This document shows, in pieces, positions 42,250 through 44,971 of a stretch of 44,971 bases of DNA (positions are counted from its first letter, which is position 1; each line of letters begins with the position of its first letter). Position numbers and translations under genes: made by a program. The notes below the pieces were generated by a model. It saw nothing but the letters and a program-made list of their open reading frames with translations, ran no database searches and was not told the origin of the DNA. The stretch lies in the IMG/VR virus record IMGVR_UViG_3300026487_000006. One strand, written 5' to 3'. The DNA is from a virus.

Positions 42250-42591
42250 ATGAAACCACTACTCTTTAAAGTACCTCTGTTCGCTGGCCGCGTCAGGGTA
42301 TTCTTCTCGCTTGAGGATTTTCACAAGGCAGACCCATCGACCGTATCACGCGACTTCAGAGGCTATGACGCTTTTTTCTGGGAACGTAAAATCGGCTTCT
42401 GTATCGTATTTATCAAGTATTCCGAAAGCACGCTGGCGCACGAAGCCGTCCACTGTGCCTGGTCAATCCTGGATAATGCCGGTGTGGTAGTCACGTCGGA
42501 TAACGACGAGCCTCTGGCGTATCTGGTAGACCGTATTTTCGACAAGGTGCAGAAGCACTATAAGAAGGAATCGGCTAATGACAACACCTGA
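42250..42591 (+). CDS. Small HExxH-motif protein (putative Zn-metallopeptidase-like)
   Basis: 113 aa from MKPLLFK (RBS GAGG). Contains TLAHEAVHCAW. Confidence 0.5.
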   Translation: MKPLLFKVPLFAGRVRVFFSLEDFHKADPSTVSRDFRGYDAFFWERKIGFCIVFIKYSESTLAHEAVHCAWSILDNAGVVVTSDNDEPLAYLVDRIFDKVQKHYKKESANDNT

Positions 42592-42892
42592 AGGCGCTAT
42601 CCAGAAGTACGGCCAGGAGCAACTCAAGAAGCGAGGCTGTCTGGTGCGTAAGATTTCCTACGAAGGCCGCCGCGGGTGTCCGGACCATCTGGTGCTGGTT
42701 CCAAAACGAGGCTATTTTAAACCTGAATTTGTGCTGTTCATCGAATACAAGAAAGACGAGAACACCGAACCCGAGCCGCACCAACTCCGTGAACACGAAC
42801 GTATGCGGGCTGTGGGGGCTGATGTGAGAGTCATTGGCACACGGCAGCAGGTGGATGAGCTCGTTGCCGAGTTATTTCCGGGGGCAGTATGA
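42578..42892 (+). CDS. VRR-NUC domain nuclease
   Basis: 104 aa. ..RGCPDHLVLVP...LFIEYKK.. is a D...ExK nuclease core. Confidence 0.8.
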   Translation: MTTPEGAIQKYGQEQLKKRGCLVRKISYEGRRGCPDHLVLVPKRGYFKPEFVLFIEYKKDENTEPEPHQLREHERMRAVGADVRVIGTRQQVDELVAELFPGAV

Positions 42893-44337
42893 CCGAGTTC
42901 ACCCGTCGCCCTTACCAAAAACTAATTACGGCGCATATTCTGAAGCACCCGCGCAATAACATTTTTGCAACTATGGGATCGGGAAAAACGTCAAGTGTTC
43001 TTTGGTCCCTGAATAAAATGTATCAATCCGGCATCCTCGACGATTGGGACCAGGAGAAATGGAGCGGCGACCGCGTGCTTGTTCTGGCCCCGCTGCGTGT
43101 CGCCTCTGGTACCTGGCCGGCCGAGCAGGCACGATGGCAGTTCCCTGCGCTGCGTGTCGTAGATGGCACCGGCAGCCGCCAGTATCGTGAAGATGTGATG
43201 CTCAACGACGATGCTAACGTGGTCTGCTGCAACTACGACATCCTGGAATGGCTGGTCGAGTTCTGGGGCGACCGCTGGCCCTTCACGGTTATTGTTGCCG
43301 ATGAGTCAACTAAGCTGAAGTCCTTTCGTAGCAAAGGCGGCAGCAAGCGCGCCAGAGCACTTGGTAAGGTGGCACACAAGAAGATTAAACGCTTTATTAA
43401 CCTGACCGGTACGCCCGCGCCAAATGGCCTCAAGGACCTGTGGGGCCAGGTGTGGTTCCTCGACGCAGGACAGCGCCTCGGCAGCAGCTATCAGGCGTTT
43501 ACCGACCGCTGGTTCGTCAGCGTGCAGGAAGGCACGCACCACGCTGCTAAGTCATATAAACCGCGCTGCGGTGCAGACGACGAGATACATCAGAAGATTG
43601 CTGATATCTCACTAACCGTCGACGCCGCAGAATACTTTGGTTGCGATAAGCCTGTAGTGGTGCCGGTTGTGGTGCCGCTGCCGTCTAAGGCCCGTAAAAT
43701 CTATGACCAGATGGAGAAGGAACTTTTCGCCCAGCTCGAAGCCGGAGAGGTGGAGGCTGCCAACGCGGCAGCACGCACGGCGAAGTGTCTGCAGATTGCT
43801 GGCGGCGCGGTGTACGTCACCGGTGACGACGGCGAAGCAAGCCGCGAATGGGAACTGGTGCATAACGCCAAGCTGGACGCGCTGGAGTCAATCTACGACG
43901 AACTGAACGGTGCACCGCTACTGGTGGCGTATCAGTACCAGCACGACCTGGCACGCATCCTGAAGAAGTTCCCCGAAGCGGTCGGCCTGGCTAAAGGTGC
44001 GAAGGGAAACAAGCAGATTGAAGCGTGGAACCGCGGTGAGCTGCCGATGTTGTGTGTTCACCCCGCGTCAGCCGGCCATGGTTTGAATCTTCAGGACGGA
44101 GGGCACCACCTGTGCTTCTTCTCTCTGACGTGGAACTACGAGCATTACGCACAGATTATCGAGCGTATCGGGCCAGTCCGTCAGCATCAGGCCAACCATC
44201 CGCGGCCTGTGTTCGTGTACCAGATACAGGCCGAAGGCACTCTTGACCAGGTCGTACAGGCTCGCGTCGAGGGTAAAGAAGACGTGCAGCAACTTTTGAT
44301 GAATTATTGCAAACAAAAGAAAGAGGCACCACTATGA
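42889..44337 (+). CDS. SNF2/DEAD-like helicase
   Basis: 482 aa. Motif I MGSGKTSS and motif II VIVADESTKLK. C-terminal helicase lobe contains ..HPASAGHGLNLQ.. Confidence 0.88.
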   Translation: MTEFTRRPYQKLITAHILKHPRNNIFATMGSGKTSSVLWSLNKMYQSGILDDWDQEKWSGDRVLVLAPLRVASGTWPAEQARWQFPALRVVDGTGSRQYREDVMLNDDANVVCCNYDILEWLVEFWGDRWPFTVIVADESTKLKSFRSKGGSKRARALGKVAHKKIKRFINLTGTPAPNGLKDLWGQVWFLDAGQRLGSSYQAFTDRWFVSVQEGTHHAAKSYKPRCGADDEIHQKIADISLTVDAAEYFGCDKPVVVPVVVPLPSKARKIYDQMEKELFAQLEAGEVEAANAAARTAKCLQIAGGAVYVTGDDGEASREWELVHNAKLDALESIYDELNGAPLLVAYQYQHDLARILKKFPEAVGLAKGAKGNKQIEAWNRGELPMLCVHPASAGHGLNLQDGGHHLCFFSLTWNYEHYAQIIERIGPVRQHQANHPRPVFVYQIQAEGTLDQVVQARVEGKEDVQQLLMNYCKQKKEAPL

Positions 44338-44504
44338 AATCGCCAACAACGACATCACTAAAACGATTGCTGGCCGAGCGCCTGACCCACCTGCGCCGGA
44401 TTAAGGAACTGGAAGAAGAGACCGAACGCCTACGGCAGCAGCGTGACGCGGCGAACGCAGTTATCCAGGAACTGAACCGGATTATCGCAGGAGACGTCGA
44501 ATGA
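44334..44504 (+). CDS. Hypothetical coiled-coil protein
   Basis: 56 aa from MKSPTTT (RBS AAGAGG). ATGA overlap. Confidence 0.5.
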   Translation: MKSPTTTSLKRLLAERLTHLRRIKELEEETERLRQQRDAANAVIQELNRIIAGDVE

Positions 44505-44788
44505 AAGCACAGGACGCATTACAGGCGGCTATCGCCACACTGGAACTCAGAGGTAAGCAGAACGGCTACGACAGCGCACAGGAACGTAGTGCTGCCGATA
44601 TCGCTAATCTGTTTAACTGGCACACGGATAAGGTGCTGTCTGAGGAAGACGCCTGGCGCTTTATGATTTGTCTGAAGGAAGTGCGACTGAAACGGCAGCG
44701 GGAGAACGGAGGGGATATTACGGATACGCTGATTGACCTGATATCCTACACCGCACTGCTGGCGGAATGTATCACAGAGAAGTCTTGA
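44501..44788 (+). CDS. Hypothetical protein (DUF6378-like)
   Basis: 95 aa. ..ELRGKQNGYDSAQERSAADIANLF...MICLKEVRLKR... resembles that phage family as I recall it. Confidence 0.5.
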   Translation: MKAQDALQAAIATLELRGKQNGYDSAQERSAADIANLFNWHTDKVLSEEDAWRFMICLKEVRLKRQRENGGDITDTLIDLISYTALLAECITEKS

Positions 44789-44809
44789 GACTCGGAACGA
44801 GGTTAAGGA

Positions 44810-44835
44810 AAGGCCCCTTCCGGGGCCTTAGTTTT
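44810..44835. terminator. Bidirectional rho-independent terminator
   Basis: AAGGCCCC-ttcc-GGGGCCTT followed by AGTTTT. Lies between convergent genes. Confidence 0.85.
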
Positions 44836-44971
44836 ACATAGCTGAAATTATAAAGCACAACAACTCATCATAACGGATGCCGTAGCCATCGCCAGCCGCT
44901 TTCAACAGTCTTTTTTCACCTGTTTCACGTTTCTCCTTAACCTTAACTTTATACGTTACGTCTACCTGGCG
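44834..44971 (-). CDS. 3' end of the tailspike gene (45 codons plus TAA). Positions 44845..44971 duplicate 1..127.
   Basis: In-frame continuation of the minus-strand ORF that leaves the window at position 1: ...CFIISAM-stop at 44836..44834. Confidence 0.85.
   Translation of the reverse strand, partial: RQVDVTYKVKVKEKRETGEKRLLKAAGDGYGIRYDELLCFIISAM
44845..44971. repeat. 127-bp exact duplicate of 1..127
   Basis: See the first feature. Confidence 0.95.

Noticed and set aside
1-44971. Search for an integrase, a CI-like repressor, transposase, CRISPR repeats, tRNA or rRNA genes, a reverse transcriptase (DGR or retron) and base-modification genes
   Set aside because: No ORF or repeat pattern consistent with any of these was seen by eye. 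The only regularly spaced repeats are the iterons (variable spacing, 8-nt units) and the collagen codon repeat, and neither resembles a CRISPR array.

Overview
The window is a complete dsDNA tailed-phage genome of about 44,844 bp. Positions 1..127 are identical to 44845..44971, which looks like an assembly overlap, and the junction falls inside the tailspike gene. I found no integrase, tRNA, rRNA, CRISPR array or transposase, so it reads as a virulent siphovirus-type phage of an enteric host. MINUS strand, 26.4 kb down to 0 kb, holds the late structural operon: TerS, TerL, portal, MuF-like protein, Ig-like protein, spanins, scaffold, major capsid, head fibre and Ig decoration proteins, neck proteins, tail tube, G/GT chaperones, tape measure, M/L/K/J-like tip proteins and an S74-chaperone tailspike. 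Three opposite-strand accessory cassettes interrupt this operon at 9.5-11.7, 18.2-18.6 and 19.7-21.6 kb. A collagen-like protein pair sits on the plus strand at 26.5-27.8 kb. Between 27.9 and 36.5 kb the minus strand carries two operons of very small, translationally coupled early genes, the holin and endolysin genes, a primase-helicase and a 72-aa HTH protein. PLUS strand, 36.6-44.8 kb, is a replication module: Cas4-like PD-(D/E)XK exonuclease, DUF2815-like SSB, family-A DNA polymerase, VRR-NUC and an SNF2 helicase. The observations most worth follow-up are: (1) a roughly 300-nt ORF-free region (29.5-29.84 kb) with a 19-bp perfect stem, a pseudoknot-type pairing, a promoter-like motif and a strong terminator, making it a candidate ncRNA; (2) a five-gene opposite-strand cassette with an HTH-metallophosphoesterase fusion, wedged between the tail tube and tail chaperone genes; (3) a DUF2829/Tad2-like small protein inside the neck gene block; (4) a palindrome AATAC-N4-GTATT embedded in the -10 region of at least six promoters, including that of the HTH gene, plus a separate 11-mer TAGTGTTGTAT present four times; (5) an iteron array (TGTCGGAA-like, at least 9 copies) just downstream of the primase-helicase gene, likely the origin. 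All functional calls come from reading motifs by eye and from gene order. No database search was run.
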